A stretch of DNA of 64,000 bases from Alphaproteobacteria bacterium (GCA_020049775.1 JAGVLO010000010.1:5910-69909); one strand, 5' to 3'. Numbered from the stretch's first letter, positions 37,729 through 48,098 are shown. Notes: generated by a model from the sequence alone, not told the origin. Translations and numbers: made by a program.

Positions 37729-39180
37729 TTAAGATAGTTTTTTCTTGAGCAGGTCGTTAACGGCTGCCGGGTTGGCCTTGCCGCCCGAGACTTTCATTAC
37801 CTGCCCCACGAAGAAGCCAAACAGCTTGTCCTTGCCCGAGCGGTACTCGGCCACCTTGTCGGGATTGGCGGTCATCACTTCGTCGATGACCTTTTCAATC
37901 GCGCCGGTGTCGGTTACCTGTTTCATGCCTTTTTCTTCGACAATCACGGCGGCGTCCTTGCCGGTTTCAAACATCAAATCGAGTACGTCTTTGGCGATTT
38001 TGCCAGAGATGGTGTTGTCTTCGATGAGTACAATCAAGCCGCCGAGTTTTTGCGCGCTGATGGGCGACTGGCTGATATCCACGCCCATTTTATTCAAGCG
38101 GCCAAATAATTCACCCGTCATCCAGTTAGCCGCAATCTTGGGTTCGTGCTTGCCTTTGAGCAATTCTTCGTAATATTGCGCATTTTCCTGCTCGGCTACA
38201 ATCACGCTCGCATCATAGGCCGAGAGTCCCATGGTTTCCATGTAGCGGTTCTTTTTCTGGTCTGGCAGTTCCGGCAGCGATTTTTTAATGTCATCCACAA
38301 AGCCCTGCGTAATCTCCAGCGGCAACAGGTCGGGGTCAGGGAAATAGCGGTAGTCATGTGCGTCTTCCTTGGTGCGCATGGTGCGGGTTTCGCCCTTGGC
38401 GGAATCAAACAGGCGCGTTTCCTGATTAATCTTGCCGCCGGACTCGATGATTTCCACCTGACGCATGGCTTCAAACTCAATCGCCTTGTGCAGGAAACGT
38501 ATGGAATTGACGTTCTTGATTTCGCAGCGCGTGCCAAGTTCGCCGCCGGGTTTGCGAACAGACACGTTGGCGTCACAGCGCATGCTGCCTTTTTCCATAT
38601 CGCCGTCGCACGTGCCGATATAGCGCACGATAGAGCGCAGCTTCTTGAGATAGGCCGCCGCTTCATCCGCCGAGCGCATGTCCGGCTCGGACACGATTTC
38701 CATCAACGCCACACCGGCGCGGTTTAAATCGATATAGCTGAATTTGGGGTTGTATTCGTGCAGCGATTTGCCTGCGTCCTGCTCGACATGGATGCGCGTA
38801 ACGCCGACTTTTTTTACAACACCTTCCGGCATATCCAGTAATATTTCGCCCTTACCGACAATGGGATCAAGATACTGCGAAATCTGGTAGCCCTGCGGAA
38901 GGTCAGGATAGAAATAATTTTTGCGGTCAAAAATCGAGCGCAGGTTTATCTGCGCGCCCAGCGCAAGGCCGGTGCGCACCGCGTGTTCAATCGCTTTCCC
39001 GTTGATAACCGGTAACATGCCCGGCATGCCCGCATCCACGAATGCAACATTCTGGTTCGGTTCATTACCGAATTGCGTAGAAGCACCGGAAAATAATTTC
39101 GAGTTGGTGGTAATCTGGGCATGCACTTCCAGCCCGATTACGATTTCCCAGTCACCTGTATTGCCTTTAATCATCTGCAT
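37729..39180 (-). CDS. gatB: Asp/Glu-tRNA(Asn/Gln) amidotransferase subunit B
   Basis: [12 protein letters not shown]..., [14 protein letters not shown], and a C-terminal YqeY-like domain. Confidence 0.96.
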   Translation of the reverse strand: MQMIKGNTGDWEIVIGLEVHAQITTNSKLFSGASTQFGNEPNQNVAFVDAGMPGMLPVINGKAIEHAVRTGLALGAQINLRSIFDRKNYFYPDLPQGYQISQYLDPIVGKGEILLDMPEGVVKKVGVTRIHVEQDAGKSLHEYNPKFSYIDLNRAGVALMEIVSEPDMRSADEAAAYLKKLRSIVRYIGTCDGDMEKGSMRCDANVSVRKPGGELGTRCEIKNVNSIRFLHKAIEFEAMRQVEIIESGGKINQETRLFDSAKGETRTMRTKEDAHDYRYFPDPDLLPLEITQGFVDDIKKSLPELPDQKKNRYMETMGLSAYDASVIVAEQENAQYYEELLKGKHEPKIAANWMTGELFGRLNKMGVDISQSPISAQKLGGLIVLIEDNTISGKIAKDVLDLMFETGKDAAVIVEEKGMKQVTDTGAIEKVIDEVMTANPDKVAEYRSGKDKLFGFFVGQVMKVSGGKANPAAVNDLLKKKLS

Positions 39181-39198
39181 GTTTTGTCTCTATAGTCT

Positions 39199-39837
39199 TT
39201 ATGGCAGGAAAATATACACGGGCAGGATTTCCATTTCATGCAGGTAATCGAGTACGGCAAAAAACGGAATGGGCAGGAAAAATGCCAGCGCATCCATCAT
39301 GGTGCGGCGCAGGAATTTCGGGCGCACGGAAATCTGCTCCGGCTCATGCCACAGCGACCATTTTGGCCACCAGCGCGGCACTTCGTTGAAATATTTTTTA
39401 TATTGCTCGCCGAATTTATTGAGCAGGAAGGCTTCCTCGCGCGCAACCACAAACTTGTAATACACGATGAAGGAAAGCACGAGCATGGCAAGCACTGCCG
39501 CCATGTGCGACACTAAGCCGATGCCCACTACGCCAAGGAACGAAAACACATAAAGCGGGTTGCGCACGATGGAAAACGGCCCTTCGCGCATCACCACGTC
39601 GTTCTTGATGCCGCCGATGAACGCCGAGCAATAGCTGCGGCCAAGCACGCATATTGCAATCAGCAGCACGCCTGTCCATGTCGCCATTTCATAATAAATG
39701 CCCAACGTGTCATGTGAATTATCAACCACCAGCAGTGACAGCACCAGCAGCACGGCAAACACGCGGCTGTGCTTCTGGCGTTTTTTGAGCAGTCTTGGTT
39801 CGATAGCTGGTTTGTCGCTCATAGGAATTACCGTCAT
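39199..39837 (-). CDS. ICMT/PEMT-family integral-membrane methyltransferase
   Basis: Multi-TM protein with GPFSIVRNPLYVFSFLG, the RNPxY motif of the isoprenylcysteine carboxyl / phospholipid methyltransferase family. Its start overlaps the gatA stop by 1 nt (TAATG). Confidence 0.65.
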   Translation of the reverse strand: MTVIPMSDKPAIEPRLLKKRQKHSRVFAVLLVLSLLVVDNSHDTLGIYYEMATWTGVLLIAICVLGRSYCSAFIGGIKNDVVMREGPFSIVRNPLYVFSFLGVVGIGLVSHMAAVLAMLVLSFIVYYKFVVAREEAFLLNKFGEQYKKYFNEVPRWWPKWSLWHEPEQISVRPKFLRRTMMDALAFFLPIPFFAVLDYLHEMEILPVYIFLP

Positions 39838-41333
39838 TACGCTGCTACTCCCAACGCTATGCCCTGCGGCTTTGCGTTAAATCCAATCATTTTTTCCATG
39901 GCATAGGCAACGCCCAGCACTGTTTCTTCATCAAACGCCTTACCGATAAGCTGCAGGCCAAGCGGCAGGCCGTCCTTGTTAATCGCCCCCGGAATCGAAA
40001 TGCCCGGCAGCCCCGCCATTGAGGTCGGCACGGTAAACACGTCGTTCAGATACATCATAATCGGGTCGTCCTGTTTTTCGCCGATAGCAAAGGCGGCAGA
40101 AGGCGCAGTCGGCGTCAGGATGACGTCCACTTTTTCAAATGCCTTGCGGAAATCTTCGGCAATCAGCCAGCGCACCTGCTGCGCTTTTTTGTAATACGCG
40201 TCGTAATAACCGGCAGAGAGTACATACGTGCCGATCATGATACGCTTTTTCACTTCCTTGCCAAAACCGGCAGCGCGCGTTGCTTCATACAGTTCGTTGA
40301 TGCCGCCTTTTTCCGGCATAACGCGCAGGCCGTAGCGCACGCCGTCATAGCGAGCAAGGTTGGAAGAACACTCCGCCGGAGCAACGATATAGTACGTCGC
40401 TAGCGCATATTTGGTGTGTGGCAGTGAAATGTCGATAACTTCCGCGCCCGCGTCCTTGAGTAGCTTGATACCTTTGTCCCACATGGCGAGGATTTCGGGG
40501 TCAATACCGTCTGGCCTGTATTCTTTGGGAATACCGATGCGCTTGCCTTTGACGTCACCTGTCAGCACCTTTTCAAAATCCGGCACCGCCAGCGGCGACG
40601 ATGTTGAATCCTTCGGGTCATGCCCGCACATGACGTTCAGCATAATCGCAGAATCGCGTACTGTGCGCGTAATCGGCCCTGCCTGATCAAGCGAACTGGC
40701 AAACGCCACAATGCCCCAGCGCGAGCAGCGGCCATAGGTCGGCTTAATGCCGACAATACCGCAGAAGGACGCAGGCTGACGGATGGAACCGCCCGTGTCG
40801 GTACCCAGCGCAATCGGACACAAATTAGCCGCAACCGCTGCCGCCGAACCGCCGGAAGAACCACCCGGCACAAGGTCGGGGCCGCCGTCTTTGCGTTTCC
40901 ACGGACTTTTGACCGGCCCGTAATAACTGGTGATGTTGGCAGACCCCATGGCGAATTCGTCCATGTTCAGCTTGCCGAGCATGACACCGCCTTGATCCCA
41001 GATTCTGGTGGTGACGGTGGATTCATACGGTGGCTTGAAGCCATCGAGAATGTGTGATGCAGCAGTGGTCAGCACGCCCTTGGTGCAGAACAAATCTTTC
41101 ACACCAACGGGAATGCCTTCAATCGTGCCGCCCTGGCCTTTAGCAAGGCGTGCGTCCGATTCATTTGCCATGGCAATCGCCTTGTCACGCGTGATGGTGA
41201 TGAAGGCGTTATAATGCGCGTTTGCCTTTTCGATGGCTGATAAATGTGCCTCGGCAAGTTCCACGGCGGAGAATTTTTTAGCCTTCAGGCCGTCGCGCAT
41301 GTCAGCGAGTGTAAGGTCGGTCAGTGACGTCAT
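39837..41333 (-). CDS. gatA: Asp/Glu-tRNA(Asn/Gln) amidotransferase subunit A
   Basis: Amidase signature [12 protein letters not shown] and [16 protein letters not shown]. Confidence 0.96.
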   Translation of the reverse strand: MTSLTDLTLADMRDGLKAKKFSAVELAEAHLSAIEKANAHYNAFITITRDKAIAMANESDARLAKGQGGTIEGIPVGVKDLFCTKGVLTTAASHILDGFKPPYESTVTTRIWDQGGVMLGKLNMDEFAMGSANITSYYGPVKSPWKRKDGGPDLVPGGSSGGSAAAVAANLCPIALGTDTGGSIRQPASFCGIVGIKPTYGRCSRWGIVAFASSLDQAGPITRTVRDSAIMLNVMCGHDPKDSTSSPLAVPDFEKVLTGDVKGKRIGIPKEYRPDGIDPEILAMWDKGIKLLKDAGAEVIDISLPHTKYALATYYIVAPAECSSNLARYDGVRYGLRVMPEKGGINELYEATRAAGFGKEVKKRIMIGTYVLSAGYYDAYYKKAQQVRWLIAEDFRKAFEKVDVILTPTAPSAAFAIGEKQDDPIMMYLNDVFTVPTSMAGLPGISIPGAINKDGLPLGLQLIGKAFDEETVLGVAYAMEKMIGFNAKPQGIALGVAA

Positions 41334-41365
41334 AGGGATTCCTGATAATGTATACTACACCCTTA

Positions 41366-42208
41366 TTAAGGGGTACGGCCCTGCTGTGCAAGTGGTTGCA
41401 GCGATTTATCCAGATTTTTATATTCTTCCAGCGCCGGTTTTACATCATGCATGTAATCCAGCTGCATCTGTTTCATCTGGGCTTCGTGGTGAGAATGGCT
41501 GTGGGCCTTGGCCGTGTTATGGATACGGAAAAACAGCGTGCCGAACTCCGACACTGCCGAAGCTGAACGCCCGCGGCCGGACAGGGCCTCACGCAGTTTT
41601 TCAGGATCTACGCGGAAATGCTCCGGTTTGGCAAAGCCGGTGCCAATGGTATTGGGAACGGTGGGGTCATCGGCCAGCAAATTGGCGTTTTCGATGGTGA
41701 TCTTATACATCAGGTATTTATTATCTTTGATGATATCCATCAGTTTTTCAACATATTTTTGCCACCACTTCGTCATTTTCTCAGCGGCATTATGTAGTGC
41801 TTTCTCATGTATCTCGCCAATGAATAGCGGGCTATAACGGCGATGGAAATCGCCGAGGAAAAGGCTCGCCCGCGACGACTGCACCAGCCTGCGGCTGCCC
41901 ACACTCTCGCTGCTACCAAAATCCACCAGCAGCTTCATCTGGTCTTTGGTAAGTTTTGACACGCCTTCCGGCTTCAACCCATCAGGCGCAACCATGCCCC
42001 GCACCGGATCTTTGCGGATACCCACTTCCTTTACCAGCTGGTCAAAGGCCTTGCGCCATGCCGGATAATCCTTGAGAGGACTGTCTTTTTGCCTGCCCTC
42101 GCTGTCCAGCTCATGCAGACCGCTGGCGGCTGTAGGTTCGCGTAAATCATAAAGGAGGCCATCGGCGATAGCCTTGTGAAACGCTGCCACATCCACAGTC
42201 ATTGACAC
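41366..42208 (-). CDS. Hypothetical protein (280 aa), no family recognised, inserted between gatC and gatA
   Basis: Uninterrupted ORF with no signal peptide or TM segment and a His-rich patch AKAHSHSHHEAQ. 32-nt gap to gatA. Confidence 0.6.
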   Translation of the reverse strand: MSMTVDVAAFHKAIADGLLYDLREPTAASGLHELDSEGRQKDSPLKDYPAWRKAFDQLVKEVGIRKDPVRGMVAPDGLKPEGVSKLTKDQMKLLVDFGSSESVGSRRLVQSSRASLFLGDFHRRYSPLFIGEIHEKALHNAAEKMTKWWQKYVEKLMDIIKDNKYLMYKITIENANLLADDPTVPNTIGTGFAKPEHFRVDPEKLREALSGRGRSASAVSEFGTLFFRIHNTAKAHSHSHHEAQMKQMQLDYMHDVKPALEEYKNLDKSLQPLAQQGRTP

Positions 42209-42266
42209 CCCCTATATGTATGTGGGCAGCGCCGGCGGTCTTGTGATACCGGCACTGCCCGGGCTT

Positions 42267-42581
42267 TTATGCCTTACATTTTTTAAGCAGGCTGGAAAGC
42301 GACGGCGCCTTGCTATTGCCCACTTCCAGCTTTTCATATGGTTTTAGTTCGCTATGCAGGCATTCTTCTACATTCGCAATGCGCTGTTCTGAAACAGCGT
42401 TTTTAGCGTATTTGGAAAACAGGTAGTCGGCAACGTCCATGGTACGCATATCCTTGTCAGTCTCGCGCCATATCAGGGAACTGCCCGGGCTTTTCATTTC
42501 TTCAAGCGTGAGGGCCTGTGCGGAAGCGGTGATTCCCATACATGCGGCAAAAATTGCCATAGCGATACTCTTTTTAACCAT
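42267..42581 (-). CDS. Hypothetical small secreted protein (104 aa)
   Basis: Sec signal MVKKSIAMAIFAACMGITASAQA. Two Cys in the mature part. 27 nt downstream of gatC. Confidence 0.55.
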   Translation of the reverse strand: MVKKSIAMAIFAACMGITASAQALTLEEMKSPGSSLIWRETDKDMRTMDVADYLFSKYAKNAVSEQRIANVEECLHSELKPYEKLEVGNSKAPSLSSLLKKCKA

Positions 42582-42608
42582 TGCGAACTCCTGAAATTAA
42601 AAAATTGA

Positions 42609-42896
42609 TTACTCGATTACTTTTGGCACCACAAAGCAACCATAGTCATTCTGGGCAGCGTTTTGCACTACCGCCTCCTGCTGGTTGCCATCGGTAACCT
42701 TGTCCTCGCGCCAAGGCAACTTGACCGCAGAGACCGAAGTCATCTGCTGCACGCCCTGCGTGTTCACCTCGTTGAGCTGTTCCATCCATTTAAAAATGCC
42801 GGAAAGCTCTTTGGAAAAGAACTCCTTGTCAGCATCAGACACGTCAATACGGGCCAATTTGGCAATTTTTGCAACGGCGTGTTTGTCTAAAAGCAT
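42609..42896 (-). CDS. gatC: Asp/Glu-tRNA(Asn/Gln) amidotransferase subunit C
   Basis: MLLDKHAVAKIAKLARIDVSDADKEFF... ATG at 42896 is preceded by AAGGA at 6-nt spacing. The ORF-track start at 42956 adds a non-homologous 20 aa. Confidence 0.9.
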   Translation of the reverse strand: MLLDKHAVAKIAKLARIDVSDADKEFFSKELSGIFKWMEQLNEVNTQGVQQMTSVSAVKLPWREDKVTDGNQQEAVVQNAAQNDYGCFVVPKVIE

Positions 42897-42967
42897 AAAC
42901 AATCCTTGAACGAAGGTGGGAAAGCCGTTTTTAATGCGATTACTCATGAATGACAAGCTGATAATCT

Positions 42968-43426
42968 ATGCTCATTGAAACTGCCGGAGAATTTACACGT
43001 CACATACCCAAAGAATCACGCCTTCTGGGGCTGGATGTGGGCGACACCACCATAGGCCTCGCCCTGTCCGACGTGCTGCGCTCGATTGCTTCACCCCTGC
43101 TGACCATCGAACGCAGCAAATTCGGCAAGGATGCAAAACAGCTTCAGGACATCATCGCAAAGCATAAAGTGGCGGGGCTGGTGATTGGCTATCCGGTCAA
43201 CATGGACGGCAGTCACGGGCCGCGCACGCAGTCCACCCGCACTTTTGTCAGTAACCTCTCCAAGCAGGTGCAACTTCCGATGTTGATGTGGGATGAACGC
43301 CTCACCACCATGGCAGTAGAGCGCGCCATGCTTGAAGCAGATCTCTCGCGGCAAAGGCGGGCGCAACTGGTGGACAAATTGGCCGCAAGCTATATGCTGC
43401 AGGGATTCCTCGACAGCGTAAAATAA
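42968..43426 (+). CDS. ruvX: Holliday-junction-resolvase-like pre-16S rRNA nuclease RuvX/YqgF
   Basis: LLGLDVGDTTIGLALSD...GLVIGYPVNMDGS... Confidence 0.9.
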   Translation: MLIETAGEFTRHIPKESRLLGLDVGDTTIGLALSDVLRSIASPLLTIERSKFGKDAKQLQDIIAKHKVAGLVIGYPVNMDGSHGPRTQSTRTFVSNLSKQVQLPMLMWDERLTTMAVERAMLEADLSRQRRAQLVDKLAASYMLQGFLDSVK

Positions 43427-43443
43427 TATTTGCAGGCAAAAAC

Positions 43444-44055
43444 GTGATAGACTGGCTTACATTACAATGGTTCTGCAGCGTATTCACGCTGGCCTATGTG
43501 CTGGGTTCCATCCCGTTTGGCGTGTTGCTTGCACGCATGGCGGGCCTTGGCGACCTGCGGAAAATCGGTTCCGGCAATATCGGCGCCACCAATGTACTGC
43601 GCACAGGGCGCAAAGGTATCGCGGTGCTGACCTTGCTGCTGGACGCAGGCAAAGGTATCGCCGCCGTGCTGCTGGCACGCTATATTTATGACGATTATTC
43701 AGCCGCCATGGCAGGCTTCATCGCTGTGCTAGGGCATGTGTTTCCGGTGTGGCTGCGTTTCCGTGGCGGCAAGGGAGTAGCCACGGCACTGGGCGTGATT
43801 ATAGCGCTAAGCCCGCTGCTTGGGCTTATCGTGTGCGGTATCTGGCTGGCGGCCTTCTTTTTCATGCGCATCTCGTCACTCGCCTCGCTCATCAGCATCG
43901 GTTATTCAGGTATTGCAGCGCATCTTCTGGAAATAGAAAAAGCTGCGATAGTGTGCCTCATGCTTGCAGTACTGGTCATTTACACGCACCGCGGCAACAT
44001 CAAGCGCTTGCTCGAAGGCACTGAGCATGTCTTCCGCAAAAGCGAGAGAAGCTGA
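43444..44055 (+). CDS. plsY: Glycerol-3-phosphate acyltransferase PlsY
   Basis: GSIPFGVLLAR...GSGNIGATNVLRTGRK...GGKGVAT. Confidence 0.93.
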   Translation: MIDWLTLQWFCSVFTLAYVLGSIPFGVLLARMAGLGDLRKIGSGNIGATNVLRTGRKGIAVLTLLLDAGKGIAAVLLARYIYDDYSAAMAGFIAVLGHVFPVWLRFRGGKGVATALGVIIALSPLLGLIVCGIWLAAFFFMRISSLASLISIGYSGIAAHLLEIEKAAIVCLMLAVLVIYTHRGNIKRLLEGTEHVFRKSERS

Positions 44056-44062
44056 TATCAGC

Positions 44063-45214
44063 ATGATGACCTACCCCAGCCTTGCCAATGAAAAACTTGT
44101 TGATGTGGTGCGGCTGATACGCACAAACAACGTAGGCCCCGTTACTTTCTTCCAGCTCATGCGCCGTTTCGGTTCCGCATCAAAAGCGCTGGCAGCATTG
44201 CCGGAACTTTCTTCACGAGGTGGCCGCAAGCAGACACTCATGCCATATACCGAGGAACAGGCGCTCAAAGAAATAGAGGCTGCCCAGTCATTCGGCGCAT
44301 ATATGATAATGTATGGCACGCCGGAATACCCGAAACTGCTGCACCACATCCCCGATGCGCCACCGGTCATCACCGTATCCGGATCAACGCAAGTGTGGCA
44401 GGAGAAAGAAAGCATCGCCATGGTAGGTGCGCGCAATGCCTCGGCCAATGGCTGCCAGCTGGCGCACAAGCTTGCACGTGAATTGGGCGAACATGGCCTG
44501 CTCGTCACCTCGGGCCTTGCACGCGGCATCGACAGCTTCGCGCACAAAGGCGCACTCGCCACCGGCACAGTCGGCGTCATCGCCGGAGGCATAGACAATA
44601 TCTACCCGCCGGAAAATGCCCCTCTTTACCAGCAGATACGCGAATCCGGCGCCATCATCAGCGAACAATCCTTCGGCAGCCTACCCTATAGCGGCAGCTT
44701 CCCCGGCCGCAACCGCATCATTGCGGGCATGAGCATGGGTACACTCGTGGTAGAAGCGTCACCCAAATCCGGATCGCTGATTACCGCGCGCTTCGCGCTT
44801 GAAAATAACCGCGAGGTTTTCGCCATCCCTGGCTCGCCGCTCGACCCGCGCTCTAAAGGTTGCAACCAACTGATAAAGCAAGGCGCAATACTTGTCGAAA
44901 GCGTTGAAGACATTGTGCATGGCATAGCGCATTTGCGAAGCAGGCGAATGGAAGAAAGCCTGACCCCCGCTTTCCACCACGAACCATCCTTTTCACAGCA
45001 GGACGACAATGAGTTACAGGAAGCACGCCGCCTGATAATTCAGAAACTTGGTATCACGCCGGTAGGAATAGATGTGCTAATTGAACAATCGCAAATACCC
45101 GCGCAGACCGTGGCCATCGTGCTGCTGGAACTAGAGCTGGCGGGCCGCCTGCGGCGCGCCGCAGGTAATAAAGTTGCACTCACCGAAGTGGAAGAACCGG
45201 CTTCAGCCGCCTAA
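44063..45214 (+). CDS. dprA: DNA-processing protein DprA
   Basis: RLIRTNNVGPVTFFQL, Rossmann-like SGLARGIDSFAHKGAL, and a C-terminal winged-helix region. ATG at 44063 lies just after the plsY stop; the ORF-track start at 43964 overlaps plsY by 92 nt. Confidence 0.9.
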   Translation: MMTYPSLANEKLVDVVRLIRTNNVGPVTFFQLMRRFGSASKALAALPELSSRGGRKQTLMPYTEEQALKEIEAAQSFGAYMIMYGTPEYPKLLHHIPDAPPVITVSGSTQVWQEKESIAMVGARNASANGCQLAHKLARELGEHGLLVTSGLARGIDSFAHKGALATGTVGVIAGGIDNIYPPENAPLYQQIRESGAIISEQSFGSLPYSGSFPGRNRIIAGMSMGTLVVEASPKSGSLITARFALENNREVFAIPGSPLDPRSKGCNQLIKQGAILVESVEDIVHGIAHLRSRRMEESLTPAFHHEPSFSQQDDNELQEARRLIIQKLGITPVGIDVLIEQSQIPAQTVAIVLLELELAGRLRRAAGNKVALTEVEEPASAA

Positions 45215-45243
45215 AAAAAATTCCAAGCCACCCGCCTGCTGCC

Positions 45244-45270
45244 CATCATTATATATAATATATAATGATG
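45244..45270. repeat. Perfect 27-bp AT-rich palindrome (13-nt arms, 1-nt centre)
   Basis: catcattatatat-a-atatataatgatg, checked base by base. It lies in the dprA-topA intergenic region. Confidence 0.9.
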
Positions 45271-45404
45271 TATCCGTATCATAGGCGGCGTTTACCCTTT
45301 GGTTACACAATTGGATTTATAATCCTGTGGACTTTAGCGGCGGGTTTGGATTAACCTCCGCCGCCTGATTATACACCCTATCAACGATTGGTCCGAACCG
45401 AACT

Positions 45405-48098
45405 ATGCAAGTTGTTGTCGTCGAATCCCCGTCTAAAGCAAAAACCATCAATAAATATCTCGGAAATAATTATCAGGTATTTGCCTCGTTCGGACATATC
45501 CGCGACCTGCCCGCCAAAGATGGCTCGGTAAAGCCGGATGATAATTTTTCCATGGTCTATGAAACCGACCAGGATTCCAAAAAACACCTCTCCACCATAG
45601 CAAAAGCCGTTAAGGAAGCTGATGGACTCTATCTCGCGACCGACCCTGACCGCGAAGGCGAAGCTATTTCATGGCATGTGCTGGAAGCACTGAAGGAAGT
45701 AAAAGCCATCCACAAAAATCTTCAGGTACACCGCGTCACCTTCGACGAAATTACTAAAAAAGCCGTACTCGCCGCCTTTGATAATCCACGCGACATCGAC
45801 ATGAACCTCGTCAACGCGCAGCAGGCGCGCCGCGCGCTCGACTATCTCGTGGGCTTCACGCTGTCGCCCGTTCTGTGGCGCAAGTTGCCAGGTAGCAAGT
45901 CGGCAGGCCGCGTACAATCGGTTGCACTACGCCTCATCTGCGAGCGTGATCAGGAAATCGAGCTGTTTATTTCCCGCGAATACTGGGACATCAAGGCTGC
46001 GCTGGTTTCCGAAAGCGGCCACCCCATTGCGGGCCGCCTGATAGAGTATAAAGGTGAGAAGATGGAGAAATTCACCATCACCGATGGCAAAAAAGCCAAT
46101 GAAATCGCCGAAGCACTGCGCCACAAGCAGTATAAGGTCTCGAAGCTGGAGCCGAAGGAAGTGCGCCGCCACCCTGCGCCACCCTTTACCACCTCCACCC
46201 TGCAGCAGGAAGCGGCTCGTAAATGCGGTTTTTCCGCCAAGAAAACCATGCAGCTTGCGCAGAAGCTTTATGAAGGCATCACGCTCGGCGGTGAAACGGT
46301 CGGCCTCATTACTTATATGCGTACCGACGGCGTCACCGTATCGCAGGAAGCCGTCGCCGCCACCCGCAATTATATTATGGGTACATACGGCGACCCTTAC
46401 ATGCCGCCCGCTCCGCGCCAGTATAAAACCAAATCCAAAAACGCGCAGGAAGCACACGAAGCTATTCGCCCCACCGATGTCACCCGCTCGCCGGACGCCG
46501 TGGCCAGCTATCTGGATAACGACATGCTGCGCCTGTATGAACTCGTCTGGAAGCGCATGGTCGCAAGCCAGATGGAAAGCGCACTCTACGACCAGTTGAT
46601 TGTCGATATGGCCGCCACCGACAAGCAGGCCGTATTGCGCACCAGCGGCTCCGTCGTGCGTTTCGACGGCTTCCTGAAACTCTATCAGGAAGGCAGCGAC
46701 GACGATAAGGAAGGCGATGAAAGCGAAGCACGCCTGCCGGAACTAAAACATGATGAGAAGCTGGGCATAAACAAAATCACGCCGGAACAGCATTTCACCG
46801 AGCCGCCACCGCGCTACTCGGAAGCGAGCCTTGTTAAAAAGCTGGAAGAACTGGGCATCGGCCGCCCATCGACCTATGCCTCCATCATTTCAGTACTGCA
46901 GGACCGCGGCTATGTACGCCTTGATAAAAAACGATTCATCGCCGAATCGCTTGGCCGACTCGTCAACGCATTTCTGGTGAGCTTCTTCGAACGCTATGTG
47001 GAATACAGCTTTACCGCCGACCTTGAATCAAAGCTCGATGACGTTTCCGCAGGCGAGCGTGAATGGAAAGAAGTGCTGCACGAATTCTGGGGCGAGTTCA
47101 TCAAAAAAATTGAAGAAAGCAAACAGCTCACCGTTACACAGGTACTAGAGGCGCTCGACCAGCTGCTCGCCATGTATGCCTTCGGCGCACCTAAAGACGG
47201 CAAAGACCCGCGCCAATGCCCGGATTGCAAAACAGGGAAAGTCGGTCTCAAGATTGGCCGCTTCGGCCCTTACATCGCCTGCTCCGCCTATCCGGATTGT
47301 AATTACAAAACACAGCTCGGCAGTGCCGCAGGTAACGGCGAAGATGCAGACGGCAACGAACTGCGCCTGCCAAAAACACTGGGTACAGACCCCGCGAGCG
47401 GCGAAAGCATCAGCTTGCGCAAAGGCCCATACGGCGCATATGTGCAACTAGGCGAAAGCAAAACACCCAAGCGCGCCAGCCTGTTCAAAACCATGAAGCT
47501 GGAAAATATCACGTTGGAAATCGCGCTGGCACTCCTGTCATTACCACGTGAACTCGGCGCGCATCCTGACACAGGCAAACCGATTATTGTCAATAACGGA
47601 CGCTTCGGCCCTTACCTGATGCATGACGGCAAGTTCACCTCGCTTCCTGCCAGCGAAGACCCGCTGACCATCGGTATCAACCGCGCCGTTGACGTATTAT
47701 CGCGCGCTCCAAGTAAGTCCGGCGGCAACGAGAAGTTGCGCGTACTCGGCAAACACCCCGATGACGACGCGGAAGTCGCCATCTATAAAGGCCGCTACGG
47801 GCCATACATCAAGCACGGCAAGGTCAATGCCCCCTTCCCCAAGAGCGCGTCGCTCGATGCACTCACGCTGGAAGAAGCGCTGCCCCTGCTTGCTGCACGC
47901 GGTGCTTCCGGTTCCAAGGGCGGCAAGAAATCTTTCGGCAAGTCCAAAAAAGCAGCACCCAAGGAAAAGCCGACCAAAGAAGCTAAAGCGCCTAAGGCAA
48001 AAAAAGCAGCCCCTGCCAAGGCAAAAGCTGTTGCTAAAGCAAAACCCGCTGCCAAAGCCAAACCAGCAACCAAATCAAAGGCTAAAAAAGCCGGTTAA
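45405..48098 (+). CDS. topA: DNA topoisomerase I
   Basis: Toprim VVVESPSKAKTINKYLG, an active-site region, C-terminal zinc ribbon (CPDCKTGK...) and a Lys/Ala-rich tail. Confidence 0.96.
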   Translation: MQVVVVESPSKAKTINKYLGNNYQVFASFGHIRDLPAKDGSVKPDDNFSMVYETDQDSKKHLSTIAKAVKEADGLYLATDPDREGEAISWHVLEALKEVKAIHKNLQVHRVTFDEITKKAVLAAFDNPRDIDMNLVNAQQARRALDYLVGFTLSPVLWRKLPGSKSAGRVQSVALRLICERDQEIELFISREYWDIKAALVSESGHPIAGRLIEYKGEKMEKFTITDGKKANEIAEALRHKQYKVSKLEPKEVRRHPAPPFTTSTLQQEAARKCGFSAKKTMQLAQKLYEGITLGGETVGLITYMRTDGVTVSQEAVAATRNYIMGTYGDPYMPPAPRQYKTKSKNAQEAHEAIRPTDVTRSPDAVASYLDNDMLRLYELVWKRMVASQMESALYDQLIVDMAATDKQAVLRTSGSVVRFDGFLKLYQEGSDDDKEGDESEARLPELKHDEKLGINKITPEQHFTEPPPRYSEASLVKKLEELGIGRPSTYASIISVLQDRGYVRLDKKRFIAESLGRLVNAFLVSFFERYVEYSFTADLESKLDDVSAGEREWKEVLHEFWGEFIKKIEESKQLTVTQVLEALDQLLAMYAFGAPKDGKDPRQCPDCKTGKVGLKIGRFGPYIACSAYPDCNYKTQLGSAAGNGEDADGNELRLPKTLGTDPASGESISLRKGPYGAYVQLGESKTPKRASLFKTMKLENITLEIALALLSLPRELGAHPDTGKPIIVNNGRFGPYLMHDGKFTSLPASEDPLTIGINRAVDVLSRAPSKSGGNEKLRVLGKHPDDDAEVAIYKGRYGPYIKHGKVNAPFPKSASLDALTLEEALPLLAARGASGSKGGKKSFGKSKKAAPKEKPTKEAKAPKAKKAAPAKAKAVAKAKPAAKAKPATKSKAKKAG

